DNA of 32,053 bases from Chloroflexota bacterium (GCA_040003165.1 JBDUDC010000002.1:1-32053), one strand, 5' to 3'. Positions 17,012 to 25,702 are shown, numbered from the stretch's first letter. The notes: a model not told the origin generated them from the sequence alone. A program made the numbers and translations.

Positions 17012-18856
17012 CTACGGTGCGCGACCCGCGTCGACTCCAGGATCGGTCCGGCCGTCGCGGTCAAAGAAGACCCGCAGCCAGACCTCGAGGTTGATCGCGC
17101 GCCAGAAGAAGAGTGACTCGACGGAGCGACCGTCGAGGACGTCGCGGAAGGCGGCGAGGACCGCGGAGCCGTCCCAGTAGGGACGTGACGCGAACGAGGG
17201 AGAGCCGACCAGCTCCTCGAAGAAGTCGCGCTCGGCGCGAATCCAGCGCATCTCCGGCGTCGTGAAGCCGACCTTCCAGCGACGCAGGCGAATCTTCTCG
17301 GGGAGCAGGCCCTTCATGGCGTCGCGGAAGATTGCACGGCTCCAGCCGTTGTGGATGATCGCGGCGGGCGGCAGGCTCAAGACGTGGTCGACCAGCTCTT
17401 GGTCGAGGAAGGGGACGCGCGACTCGACCGAATGGGCCATCGAGTTGCGGTCGTCATAGCGCAGCAGCGAAGGGAGGCTGTACATCGTCAGGTCCTGGAC
17501 CAGCCGCAGCTTCAGATCGTCGCGAACGCGATCGTCGACCGGCCGATTCACCCGCCGCCGGTAGTCGGGTCGGAGCAGGGCGCGCGGAGCAAGCGCCCGG
17601 CGCCGTTCGGTGAGGCGGCGTTTCAGCATCGGCCAGAGGAGGTCGCGCGCACGCCAGGCCTCGCTTAGCAGCGCACCGAAGCGGCGGAGCCGTAGCAGCT
17701 CGCGCAAATAGACGAAGTGGTACGGGGTGTAGCCCGCCAGCAGCTCGTCGCCGCCCTGCCCGTCGAGCAGCACCTTGACCTTTGACGCCGCCAGGCGCAT
17801 CACGCACCACTGGGCGTAGGGGCCGGTCGAGACCATCGGCTCGTCGGCGTACCAGACCACGCGCGGCAGCTCCTCGACGAACTCCGAGGAGGCAGGCCGC
17901 ACGAAGTTGCCCTCGGCATCGGTTGCATCCAGGACGACGGCGATGTAGTCGCGCTCGTCGATCGGGTCGTTGTCGAAGATCGCGCTGAAGGTCTTGAGGC
18001 GGTCGCCCATCGACGCCGCGTCGGGAACGTGGGCTCGCAGCTGCTGGTTCATGACCATCACGATCGACGACGAGTCGAGGCCGCCCGAGAGGCAGGTCCC
18101 GACCGGGACGTCGGCCACCAGGCGGCGCTGCACGGAGCGCTCGAACAGCTCGCGGAAGCGGGCCGGCGATGGATCGCCCGAGGTAGAGAGGCGAGGCTGC
18201 CAATACGACTCTTCGCGCAGATGGCCGTCCTCGACCACGGCGAAGGAGGCAGGCGCCAGCTGGTGAATCCCGGCAAAGAATGTATCGCGGTCGTGGTCAT
18301 GCAGCCCGGCGACGAGGTAGTCGTAGATCCGCTGCTCGTTCGGCTCCCGCCTGACCGATTCATCTTGGAGCAGCCCCTTGATCTCGCTGCTGAAGAGCAG
18401 ACGCTCGCCGGCGCGAGTCCAGTAGAGCGGCTTGATGCCGAAGTGGTCGCGGCACAGCACGAGGCGCGACCGCTCCCCGCGCAGGTCCAGGATCGCCAAG
18501 GCCCACATGCCGTTCAAACGCGCGAACGCATCGGTCCCCCAGGCCTCGTAGGCGCGCAGGACCACCTCGGTGTCGGAATCGGTCTCGAAGGCGCAGCCGG
18601 CCGATACCAGCTCGGAACGGAGCTCGCGGTAGTTGTAGACCTCGCCGTTGTAGGCGATCTGGAGCGTGCCGTCGGGGGTGTGCATCGGCTGGTGGCCGTG
18701 GGCCAGGTCGATGATCGAGAGGCGGCGGCTGCCAATGCTCGCTTCGTACGACTCGAAGTGGCCGGAGTCGTCGGGGCCTCGATGGCAGATCACCTCGGTC
18801 ATGGCCGTCAGCAGCGCGGCGTCAGGCGCTCCCCAGAATCCGCTGATGCCGCACAC
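17012..18856 (-). CDS. asnB: Asparagine synthase (glutamine-hydrolysing) family amidotransferase
   Basis: 614 aa. N-terminal MCGISGFWG (Ntn Cys2 of class II glutamine amidotransferases; GTG start). PP-loop motif CLSGGLDSS. Confidence 0.9.
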   Translation of the reverse strand: MCGISGFWGAPDAALLTAMTEVICHRGPDDSGHFESYEASIGSRRLSIIDLAHGHQPMHTPDGTLQIAYNGEVYNYRELRSELVSAGCAFETDSDTEVVLRAYEAWGTDAFARLNGMWALAILDLRGERSRLVLCRDHFGIKPLYWTRAGERLLFSSEIKGLLQDESVRREPNEQRIYDYLVAGLHDHDRDTFFAGIHQLAPASFAVVEDGHLREESYWQPRLSTSGDPSPARFRELFERSVQRRLVADVPVGTCLSGGLDSSSIVMVMNQQLRAHVPDAASMGDRLKTFSAIFDNDPIDERDYIAVVLDATDAEGNFVRPASSEFVEELPRVVWYADEPMVSTGPYAQWCVMRLAASKVKVLLDGQGGDELLAGYTPYHFVYLRELLRLRRFGALLSEAWRARDLLWPMLKRRLTERRRALAPRALLRPDYRRRVNRPVDDRVRDDLKLRLVQDLTMYSLPSLLRYDDRNSMAHSVESRVPFLDQELVDHVLSLPPAAIIHNGWSRAIFRDAMKGLLPEKIRLRRWKVGFTTPEMRWIRAERDFFEELVGSPSFASRPYWDGSAVLAAFRDVLDGRSVESLFFWRAINLEVWLRVFFDRDGRTDPGVDAGRAP

Positions 18857-18910
18857 GCCCTCGATGATGCGGGCGTGCGCTCCGGCTTGGCAAATGGACC
18901 GATACGGCCC

Positions 18911-20542
18911 TCAGCGGTTGCGTGCCAGCCGGCGCCGCACCAGGTCGCGCAGCTGAGCGAGCTCCGGGCTGTGAAGCGCGGCGGCCACGACGAGGTAGAT
19001 CGCGATGCCCGCGCCGGACAGCACGAGTAGCACGATGAAGCGGCCGAGCGCACTCCCGATCAGGCCGGCGAACGCGGAATGGACCACCTGCAGCCCGCCC
19101 AGCATCAGGAGGCCCGCCGCCACGGCCCCCACGCCGGCACGCAGGACGGCACGCCCGATAGATGCGCCCTCGATCGAGTGGATCCGGTTGCGAAGCGCCC
19201 AGACCAGCCCCATCGCCTCCGCGGTCGCGGTGATCGAGAGGGCCAGGGCCAGGCCACCGATCCCCATCGGGCCGACCAGCCATACCATGAGCGGGACGTT
19301 GAAGACGACGGCCAGGATCGCCCACAGGACGGGCGTTCGCGTGTCATGCATGGCGTAGAAGGCGCGCACCAGAACGTGGACGGCCGAGTTCGCGGCGAGG
19401 CCGATGGCGAAGAAGAGTAGCGCCCCCGCCGTCCGCGATGCCGCTCGCGCGTCGAAGAGGCCGTACTGGAAGAAGACGCCTGTGATCGGCTCGGCGAGCA
19501 CGATCATGATCGCGGTGATCGGCAGCGCGATGAACACGATCACGCGCAGGCTGCCCGCCACCTGGCGCCGGATCTCGCTCAGCCGTCCCAGCGCAGCGTC
19601 GCGCGAGAGGGTCGGGAAGAGGGCGACCGCGATGCTGACCCCGACCACCCCGGCGGGGATCATCGAGAGCTGGAACGCATAGTTGTACGCGGCGACGCTG
19701 CCCTCCGCCAAGCCGCTGGCGAGCACCGTCGACACGATCAGGTTGATCTGTCCCGCGGCCAGCCCGAGGGTCCGCGGGCCCGTGAGCAGCGCGACGCGGC
19801 GCACGCCCGGATGGCGCAAGCCCAGCGTCAGGTCGTAGCGCTGCCCGACCGCGGCAAGGCTCGGCAGCTGGATAGCGAGGTGCAGGAGGGACCCGACTGC
19901 CACGCCCACCGCCAGCGCCTCCACGCCAAGGAACGGTGCGACGAAGATCGCAGCGAAGATGATCGACAGGTTGTAGACGAGCGGCGCCATGGCCGGCACC
20001 GCCCAGCGGTCGTAGGTGTTGAGGATCCCGGTCACCACCGCACCAAGGCCGATGAAGATCGGGCTGAGCAGCATGATCCGCGTCAGGCGCACCGTCAGGT
20101 CCGTCGTTGGCGCGTCGAACCCAGGCGCGACCAGCGGAACGAGCGCGGGGGCGAAGACGGCCACAACCACCGCCAGCAGCGCCAGCGCGATGACGAGGAT
20201 GTTGACGACGCTGCTCGCCACCCGCCAGGCCTCGTCATCCTGGTCGCGGGCGCGATAGCTCACGAAGACCGGCACCAGGGCGGTGAAGAGCGCCCCCGCC
20301 ACGACCAACTGGAAGATGGCATCGGGGATCAGGAACGCGGCGAAGTACGCGTCGAGCTGATCTGAGGCCCCGAACTGCGATCCGATCACGACCAGGCGCA
20401 CCCAGCCCAGGATCCGACTGGCGACCGCGGTGGCGGCCAAGATCAGGCTTGCGTCGAGGACGATCTGTCCCGCCGAGCGCCCCGGGCTCGGTGCCGGATA
20501 CTCGGTCGGGCTTGGGCCGCCCGGGGCCTCGATCTCGCTCAT
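18911..20542 (-). CDS. murJ: Lipid II flippase MurJ (MOP superfamily)
   Basis: 543 aa polytopic membrane protein. N-terminal block ILGWVRLVVIGSQFGASDQLDAYFAAFLIPD matches the MurJ/MviN signature. The ATG overlaps the SGNH hydrolase stop (ATGA). Confidence 0.88.
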   Translation of the reverse strand: MSEIEAPGGPSPTEYPAPSPGRSAGQIVLDASLILAATAVASRILGWVRLVVIGSQFGASDQLDAYFAAFLIPDAIFQLVVAGALFTALVPVFVSYRARDQDDEAWRVASSVVNILVIALALLAVVVAVFAPALVPLVAPGFDAPTTDLTVRLTRIMLLSPIFIGLGAVVTGILNTYDRWAVPAMAPLVYNLSIIFAAIFVAPFLGVEALAVGVAVGSLLHLAIQLPSLAAVGQRYDLTLGLRHPGVRRVALLTGPRTLGLAAGQINLIVSTVLASGLAEGSVAAYNYAFQLSMIPAGVVGVSIAVALFPTLSRDAALGRLSEIRRQVAGSLRVIVFIALPITAIMIVLAEPITGVFFQYGLFDARAASRTAGALLFFAIGLAANSAVHVLVRAFYAMHDTRTPVLWAILAVVFNVPLMVWLVGPMGIGGLALALSITATAEAMGLVWALRNRIHSIEGASIGRAVLRAGVGAVAAGLLMLGGLQVVHSAFAGLIGSALGRFIVLLVLSGAGIAIYLVVAAALHSPELAQLRDLVRRRLARNR

Positions 20543-21126
20543 TGCAGCAGCTCACCTACGGCCGGCGCGATGGCATCCGCCCAGAGCGCGTACTGGGCAC
20601 CGCTCGGGTGCAGACCATCGGCCGCGACCAGGCTTCGCCCCGCCGAGCGGCTGAGCTCGAATATCTCCGGCACGAACCTGATCTTCCGCGCCATCGCGGC
20701 CTTGTGCAGCGCATCATTGACGCGCTGGATGGCGGCGCTCTGGCGCTTCGGGTCGCCGAAGGCCGCTCCCTGCGGAGTGACGGTGTAGTCCGGCGTGGCG
20801 ATCGCGAGGATGCGTCGCTCCGGCAGTCGCGCCAGAAGGTCATCGAGGATGGCCGCCACGTTCGCCGCATAGGCGGCCAGGCCGACCTGCTGGACGACGT
20901 CATTGACCCCGATCAGCACGCTCACGAAATCGGTCTTCAGCCCGTCGAGCCGAGGAAGCTCGTCGCGAATCAGGTCGCCGGAGGTGTAGCCGTTCACGCC
21001 GAGGTTGGCGATCAGCTCGAGCCCTGGTGAGCCATCGAGGCGCCGCACCAGCTGGTTCGGCCAGCTCTCAGACTCGGCCACGGAGGTCCCGATCGTGTAC
21101 GAGTCACCGAGTGCCACGTAGCGCAA
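20539..21126 (-). CDS. SGNH/GDSL-family hydrolase
   Basis: 195 aa. Block I ALGDSYT, block III LIGVNDV, block V DGLHPS. TTG start preceded by AGGAGGG. Confidence 0.82.
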   Translation of the reverse strand: MRYVALGDSYTIGTSVAESESWPNQLVRRLDGSPGLELIANLGVNGYTSGDLIRDELPRLDGLKTDFVSVLIGVNDVVQQVGLAAYAANVAAILDDLLARLPERRILAIATPDYTVTPQGAAFGDPKRQSAAIQRVNDALHKAAMARKIRFVPEIFELSRSAGRSLVAADGLHPSGAQYALWADAIAPAVGELLQ

Positions 21127-21216
21127 CCCACCCTCCTGACCGATCCTCCTGGCCGATGATCACCGTACGCGGCGGGCGGGGCCCCCGGTCGGTCACTTTC
21201 GCACACAATCAGCCTC

Positions 21217-21948
21217 GTGTTCCTGACTGGCACCCTGCTCAACGTCGCCACCGTTCTGATCGGCACCACTGCCGGCCTGCTTCTCGGCGCTCGGCTGCCG
21301 CCGAGGATGCAGGAGAGCCTGACCAGCGGCCTCGGCCTCTTCACCCTGCTGATCGGGGTGGCGATGGGATTGCGCATCTTCACCGATCCCGCCGCGCGTC
21401 CGGGCGACGAGCTCACCGTGCTCGCGGCCCTGCTGCTCGGGGTCGCGCTCGGCGAGCTGCTCCGGCTGCATGACGGGCTCCAGGCGCTGGGCGGCTGGTT
21501 CCAGCGCCGGCTCTCGCGCGGCGATCGCGGCTCGCGGATCAGCGAGGGGTTCGTCACGGCATCGCTCGTCTTCTGCGTCGGCCCTCTGACGATCCTGGGC
21601 TCCCTCAACAACGGGCTGCGCAGCGACGCCACCCTGCTGGCGATCAAGTCGCTGCTCGACGGGGTCGCCTCGATCGCCTTCGCGGCTGCCCTCGGGCCCG
21701 GGGTCTACCTGTCGGCGTTGACCATCTTGGTCGTGCAGGGCGGGATCGCGGCCGGCGCGTTCCTGCTGCGCGACGTGATGGACAGCGCCACCGTCCTCGC
21801 GATATCGGCCACGGGGGGCCTCCTCCTGGTGGGCGTGGGCCTCCGGCTGCTGGAGCTCAAGGCGATCCGCGTCGCCAACTTTCTGCCGGCCCTGATCCTC
21901 GCTCCCCTCTTCCTCCGCCTCGCCGATCTTCTCCGTGCGAGCCTCTGA
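21217..21948 (+). CDS. DUF554 family membrane protein (YdfK/YqgA-like)
   Basis: 243 aa. N-terminal GTLLNVATVLIGTTAGLLLG pattern and multiple TM segments. GTG start. Confidence 0.7.
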   Translation: MFLTGTLLNVATVLIGTTAGLLLGARLPPRMQESLTSGLGLFTLLIGVAMGLRIFTDPAARPGDELTVLAALLLGVALGELLRLHDGLQALGGWFQRRLSRGDRGSRISEGFVTASLVFCVGPLTILGSLNNGLRSDATLLAIKSLLDGVASIAFAAALGPGVYLSALTILVVQGGIAAGAFLLRDVMDSATVLAISATGGLLLVGVGLRLLELKAIRVANFLPALILAPLFLRLADLLRASL

Positions 21949-21960
21949 TGAGCGCGAGCC

Positions 21961-22974
21961 TCAGCTCAGCCGGAACGCGGGCCGCACCTCGCCAGAGGGC
22001 TCACCGCGTGGATCCAGTACGGGGGGCGAGACAAACTCGCGGAGCCGGTCCGGGATCTCGCGCACCAGGCCCAGCTGCTTAAGCACCGCGACCGATACGA
22101 CGTCCCCTGCGCGCCGGCCCAAGTTGCCGTCCTCGATCGTGGCGGCAATGCCGAGCGGCGCGTCATCGGTCGCGCCCTTGAGGAGGCCCATCGCCAGGAC
22201 CCCTTCCGCGCCGCCCTTCGAGGCGATCTGCCCCGGGTAGGAGCGCATCAGGGCGGTATCGATCCGGCGCCGCTCACCGGCAACCAGCTCCGGATGCTCG
22301 ATCATCGCGTCGCGAATTCGGGTCAGCGCGCCGCGCAGGGGTGGATCGGCGACGGCCGAAGGATCGGCCAGGCGAGCGAACGCCAGGGCCAGGCCCTTGA
22401 GCGGCATGCCGAAGGTCACGACCCCACAGCCGTCAGTCGCCGTCGCGATCTCCTCGACCGGGACGTCCGAGAGGGCGGAGACGGTCTCCAGCGCGAGGCG
22501 CTGAACCGGATGATCGGGCTGCCAGTAGGTCTCGATCGGCCAGCCCGATGCCTTCGCGAAGAGAATCATGCCGGTGTGCTTGCCACTGCAGTTGTGTCGC
22601 AGCGGCGTGGGCTGCTCGCCGTCGCGAATCAGGCGCTGTGCGGTCTCGACGTCGTACGGCGCATGCGTGCCGCATTGCAGCGCGGAGGAGGGCACGCCGG
22701 CAGTGCGCAGGATTGCCTGGACCGTGCGAACGTGGCGGTCCTCGCCGGCATGCGAGGCGGCCATGATGGCGAGCGCATCGGTCCCGAGCCGGTACTCGTC
22801 GAACCGACCCGAGGCGACGAAGGGCGCAAGCTGAAAGGGCTTGGCCGACGAGCGCGTGAAGATGAACTGGTCGGCGTCACCAACCGACGCCACCGCCTGG
22901 CCCGACGGCGTGACGACCGCAATCGAGCCGCGGTGGCGAGATTCGACCTGGTCGCCGCGTGTGACCTCGACCAG
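21961..22974 (-). CDS. L-asparaginase II family protein (Rhizobium etli AnsA-like); start codon uncertain
   Basis: Motifs TRSSAKPFQ, SHAGEDRHV, CSGKHTGM and TDGCGV. The first canonical start is GTG at 22893. However, the conserved family N-terminus VEVTRGDQVESRHRGSIAVV is encoded in frame upstream, with no ATG/GTG/TTG available. CTG at 22974 is the only plausible initiator. Confidence 0.8.
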   Translation of the reverse strand: MVEVTRGDQVESRHRGSIAVVTPSGQAVASVGDADQFIFTRSSAKPFQLAPFVASGRFDEYRLGTDALAIMAASHAGEDRHVRTVQAILRTAGVPSSALQCGTHAPYDVETAQRLIRDGEQPTPLRHNCSGKHTGMILFAKASGWPIETYWQPDHPVQRLALETVSALSDVPVEEIATATDGCGVVTFGMPLKGLALAFARLADPSAVADPPLRGALTRIRDAMIEHPELVAGERRRIDTALMRSYPGQIASKGGAEGVLAMGLLKGATDDAPLGIAATIEDGNLGRRAGDVVSVAVLKQLGLVREIPDRLREFVSPPVLDPRGEPSGEVRPAFRLS

Positions 22975-22994
22975 GACCGGAGGCGCGCTGCGGC

Positions 22995-23663
22995 TTACTG
23001 GCCGCCGCCGCCGGTGTTGGATGGCTGGCGCTCCCCAGAGGGTTCGCGGTCCTGCTTGCTGAAGATGCTTCCGCCACCGCTTCCGCCACCCGATGGCGCG
23101 GCCGCCCCGGCCGGCTGCGGGGATCCCTGGCGCTGCGGAGCCGCGGGTGGCTGGTCATTGCGCTGGCCGGGTGAGCCCTGACCCTGCGAAGGCGCAGGCC
23201 GCGGGCCTGCTTCTCGGCTCATCGTCACCGAGCCTTCCCAGTGGGCGCCCTCCTTGACCACGAGGACCTGGGTCTTGACCGTCCCCTTGACGCGACCGGT
23301 TGAACCGATCTCGAAGCGTCCGCCGCAGTCGACGTCGCCTTCGTAATCGCCGTTCACGATAACGTTGTGGGCCTTGATCGCGCTGCGCACCTTGGCCTGC
23401 GGGCTGATGATCAACGTGCCCTGGCACTCGATCTCGCCCTGCGCCTCTCCCTCGATTCGCAGGTCTCGATCCGACACGTACTTCCCGTTGAAGCGGGCGT
23501 GCGGATCGATGACGCTCTCATTGCCGCGCTCGTCGCGGCGGAACTCGGGTGGTGACTGGGCCACATCGACCTCGCTCGTGAGACTATCCGGATAGAGATT
23601 GCCGACGACATCTTCGCGCGTCAGCCCGTCTGGCTTCGTTTCACGCTTCGACCCGAAGACCAT
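22995..23663 (-). CDS. Bactofilin family cytoskeletal protein with a long Pro/Gly/Gln-rich C-terminal tail
   Basis: 222 aa. Beta-helix repeat region GTLIISPQAKVRSAIKAHNVIVNGDYEGDVDCGGRFEIGSTGRVKGTVKTQVLVVKEGAHWEGSVTM. Strong SD (AGAGGAGGAAGCAAGC-ATG). Confidence 0.82.
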   Translation of the reverse strand: MVFGSKRETKPDGLTREDVVGNLYPDSLTSEVDVAQSPPEFRRDERGNESVIDPHARFNGKYVSDRDLRIEGEAQGEIECQGTLIISPQAKVRSAIKAHNVIVNGDYEGDVDCGGRFEIGSTGRVKGTVKTQVLVVKEGAHWEGSVTMSREAGPRPAPSQGQGSPGQRNDQPPAAPQRQGSPQPAGAAAPSGGGSGGGSIFSKQDREPSGERQPSNTGGGGQ

Positions 23664-23797
23664 GCTTGCTTCCTCCTCTGGCGAGATCCGGTGACGGGCG
23701 GAGGCACGGTCCGCGCGAATAGCTGTAACGACCCCCTAGCCTAGCAGCCAACGCAAAGCGGCGATACCCATGCCTCAGACCGATCCGGACGCCGGCG

Positions 23798-23803
23798 TAG
23801 AAT
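23798..23803 (+). promoter_or_regulatory. Candidate -10 hexamer TAGAAT, 8 nt upstream of ATG 23812 (leaderless geometry)
   Basis: TAGAATCGGCttcgATG. This is nearly identical to the motif upstream of upp (TAGAATCGGCcgcgATG at 24849). Confidence 0.4.
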
Positions 23804-23811
23804 CGGCTTCG

Positions 23812-24870
23812 ATGCCGGACCTGTTCAACCTCGGCGACTTCGAGGCCCCGGCCAGGGCACGGATGGCGCCCGAGCACTTCGATTACGTGGCCGGCGGCGC
23901 CGGCGATGAGCGCAGCCTCGCCGAGAACCGGGCCGCGTTCGGCCGCTACCAGCTCCGGCCGCGCATGCTCGTGGACGTCTCACGCGTCGACCTCGCCACG
24001 ACCTGGCTCGGGACCCAGATGGCACTCCCCATCGGCGTGGCCCCGATGGCGATGCAGGGGCTCGCACACCCGGACGGAGAGCTGCCACTCGCTCGCGCGG
24101 CGGCCGCGGCTGGCGTCCTGTATTGCCTCTCGACCGTATCGAGCTGCTCCCTCGAGGAGGTGGCCGAGGTGTCGACGGGGCCCCGATGGTTTCAGCTCTA
24201 CCTCAACAATCGGCCGCAGGCCAGGCGGCTGGTCGAGCGCGCGGAGGCGGCTGGATACAGCGCGACCGTCCTGACCGTCGACCTTCCCGAGCTCGGCTAC
24301 CGGGAGCGCGACCTGCGCAACGGGTTCGTGCTCGCGGGGCCGTGGGGGAACCTCCCGGCCGACGAGCACGAAGGCCTCGACGATCTGCTCGACATGCGCG
24401 GGGTGGCGCTCACCTGGGCGGACCTCGCGGAGATCCGCTCGTGGAGCTCCCTGCCGCTGGTCGTCAAGGGGATCCTGACCGTGGAGGATGCGCTGCTGGC
24501 CGTGGAGCACGGGGTGGACGGGATCGTGGTCTCGAACCACGGCGGCCGTCAGCTGGACGCCGTTGTCGCACCCATCGATACTCTCGCAGAGGTGGTGGCC
24601 GCCATCAAGGGCCGCGCCGAGGTCTACCTCGACGGCGGAGTCCGCCGCGCCACGGACGTGCTGGTCGCGCTCGCGCTCGGAGCGCGCGGCGTGTTCATCG
24701 GGCGGCCGTTCTTCTACGCCCTGAGCCTCGGGGAGGAAGCAATCGCCCGCGCCTTCGCGATCGCGCGCGAGGAGCTTGAGCTCGCCATGGCGTTGCTGGG
24801 CACGCCGTCGGTGGATCGCATCGGACCGGCGCACGTGCGGGCCGCCGCTAGAATCGGCCGCGATGGCTGA
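23812..24870 (+). CDS. FMN-dependent alpha-hydroxy acid oxidase/dehydrogenase (L-lactate dehydrogenase / glycolate oxidase family)
   Basis: Motifs FDYVAGGAGDE, YQLRPRML and SNHGGRQLD. I chose ATG 23812 (MPDLFNLGDFE...) because of the -10 hexamer 8 nt upstream. The ORF-track start at 23770 adds 14 aa and remains possible. Confidence 0.88.
   Translation: MPDLFNLGDFEAPARARMAPEHFDYVAGGAGDERSLAENRAAFGRYQLRPRMLVDVSRVDLATTWLGTQMALPIGVAPMAMQGLAHPDGELPLARAAAAAGVLYCLSTVSSCSLEEVAEVSTGPRWFQLYLNNRPQARRLVERAEAAGYSATVLTVDLPELGYRERDLRNGFVLAGPWGNLPADEHEGLDDLLDMRGVALTWADLAEIRSWSSLPLVVKGILTVEDALLAVEHGVDGIVVSNHGGRQLDAVVAPIDTLAEVVAAIKGRAEVYLDGGVRRATDVLVALALGARGVFIGRPFFYALSLGEEAIARAFAIAREELELAMALLGTPSVDRIGPAHVRAAARIGRDG
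24849..24854 (+). promoter_or_regulatory. Candidate internal -10 hexamer TAGAAT, 8 nt upstream of the upp ATG, inside the 3' end of the oxidase gene
   Basis: TAGAATCGGCcgcgATG. There is no SD before the upp ATG at 24863. Confidence 0.4.
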
Positions 24871-25612
24871 GAGCGCGCTGCCCCCTAACGTCCACGTCAG
24901 CCCCCATCCGCTCGTCGCACACAAGCTCAGCCTGCTGCGCGGCACCGGGACCGACACCAAGCAGTTCCGCGAGCTCGTGCGCGAGCTCTCGTGGCTGCTC
25001 GGCTACGAAGCGATGGCCGATCTCGAGACGACCGCCGTGCGGGTGACCACGCCGCTCGAGGAGATGTCCGGGGAGCGGCTCGGCCCCAAGGTCGGCCTCG
25101 TCCCGGTCCTTCGGGCCGGCCTGGGGATGGTCGACGCCATGCTCGAGCTGCTCCCTGCGGCGCAGGTCTGGCACATCGGTCTCTATCGTGACGAGCGCAC
25201 GTTGAAGCCGGTCGAGTACTACAACAAGCTGCCGGATGCAGCGACCGTCCAGGTCTGCCTCATCCTGGACCCGATGCTGGCCACCGGTGGCTCGGCCGCG
25301 GCCACGGTCGACATCCTGAAGGCGTGGGGCGCGGCGCGCATCAAGCAGGTCTCGCTCATCGCCGCCCCGGAGGGCATCACCACCCTCTCGACCGCGCATC
25401 CGGACATCGATATCCACGTTGCTGCGGTCGACCGCGAGCTGAACGAGAGGGGGTACATCGTGCCGGGCCTGGGCGACGCCGGCGATCGGCAATTCGGGAC
25501 CTTCGCGGGGCCGGCCTCGGAGCCTGGCCACGGATCCGACGAGGAGACGGCCGAGGTGGTTCGGCGCCTGCAACAAAGAAACGTCCCGAAGGAACGTCCG
25601 CCAGTCCGTTGA
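24863..25612 (+). CDS. upp: Uracil phosphoribosyltransferase with a 36-aa C-terminal extension
   Basis: Motifs HPLVAHKLSLLR, VPVLRAGLGM, ILDPMLATGGSA and GYIVPGLGDAGDRQFGT. The start at the internal ATG 24863 overlaps the upstream gene by 8 nt. The sequence continues 36 aa past the usual ...FGT end. Confidence 0.9.
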   Translation: MAESALPPNVHVSPHPLVAHKLSLLRGTGTDTKQFRELVRELSWLLGYEAMADLETTAVRVTTPLEEMSGERLGPKVGLVPVLRAGLGMVDAMLELLPAAQVWHIGLYRDERTLKPVEYYNKLPDAATVQVCLILDPMLATGGSAAATVDILKAWGAARIKQVSLIAAPEGITTLSTAHPDIDIHVAAVDRELNERGYIVPGLGDAGDRQFGTFAGPASEPGHGSDEETAEVVRRLQQRNVPKERPPVR

Positions 25613-25702
25613 TGCAATCTCTGGAGCTGTTGGTCGCCCCTCCGGGACAACCACAGGATAGGGGCCGGCCGGTTCGGCCCACAACCCCGGTTATCCCCGA
25701 GA

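Noticed and set aside
16872-17180. 102-aa ORF with a good GGAGGA SD 9 nt upstream of its GTG, in the gap between the STAND gene and asnB
   Set aside because: Two thirds of it runs antisense through the asnB 3' end. The translation is low complexity with a basic Ser/Arg tail. The SD match may be fortuitous. A short peptide from the first roughly 45 codons cannot be excluded, but I have no positive evidence for it.
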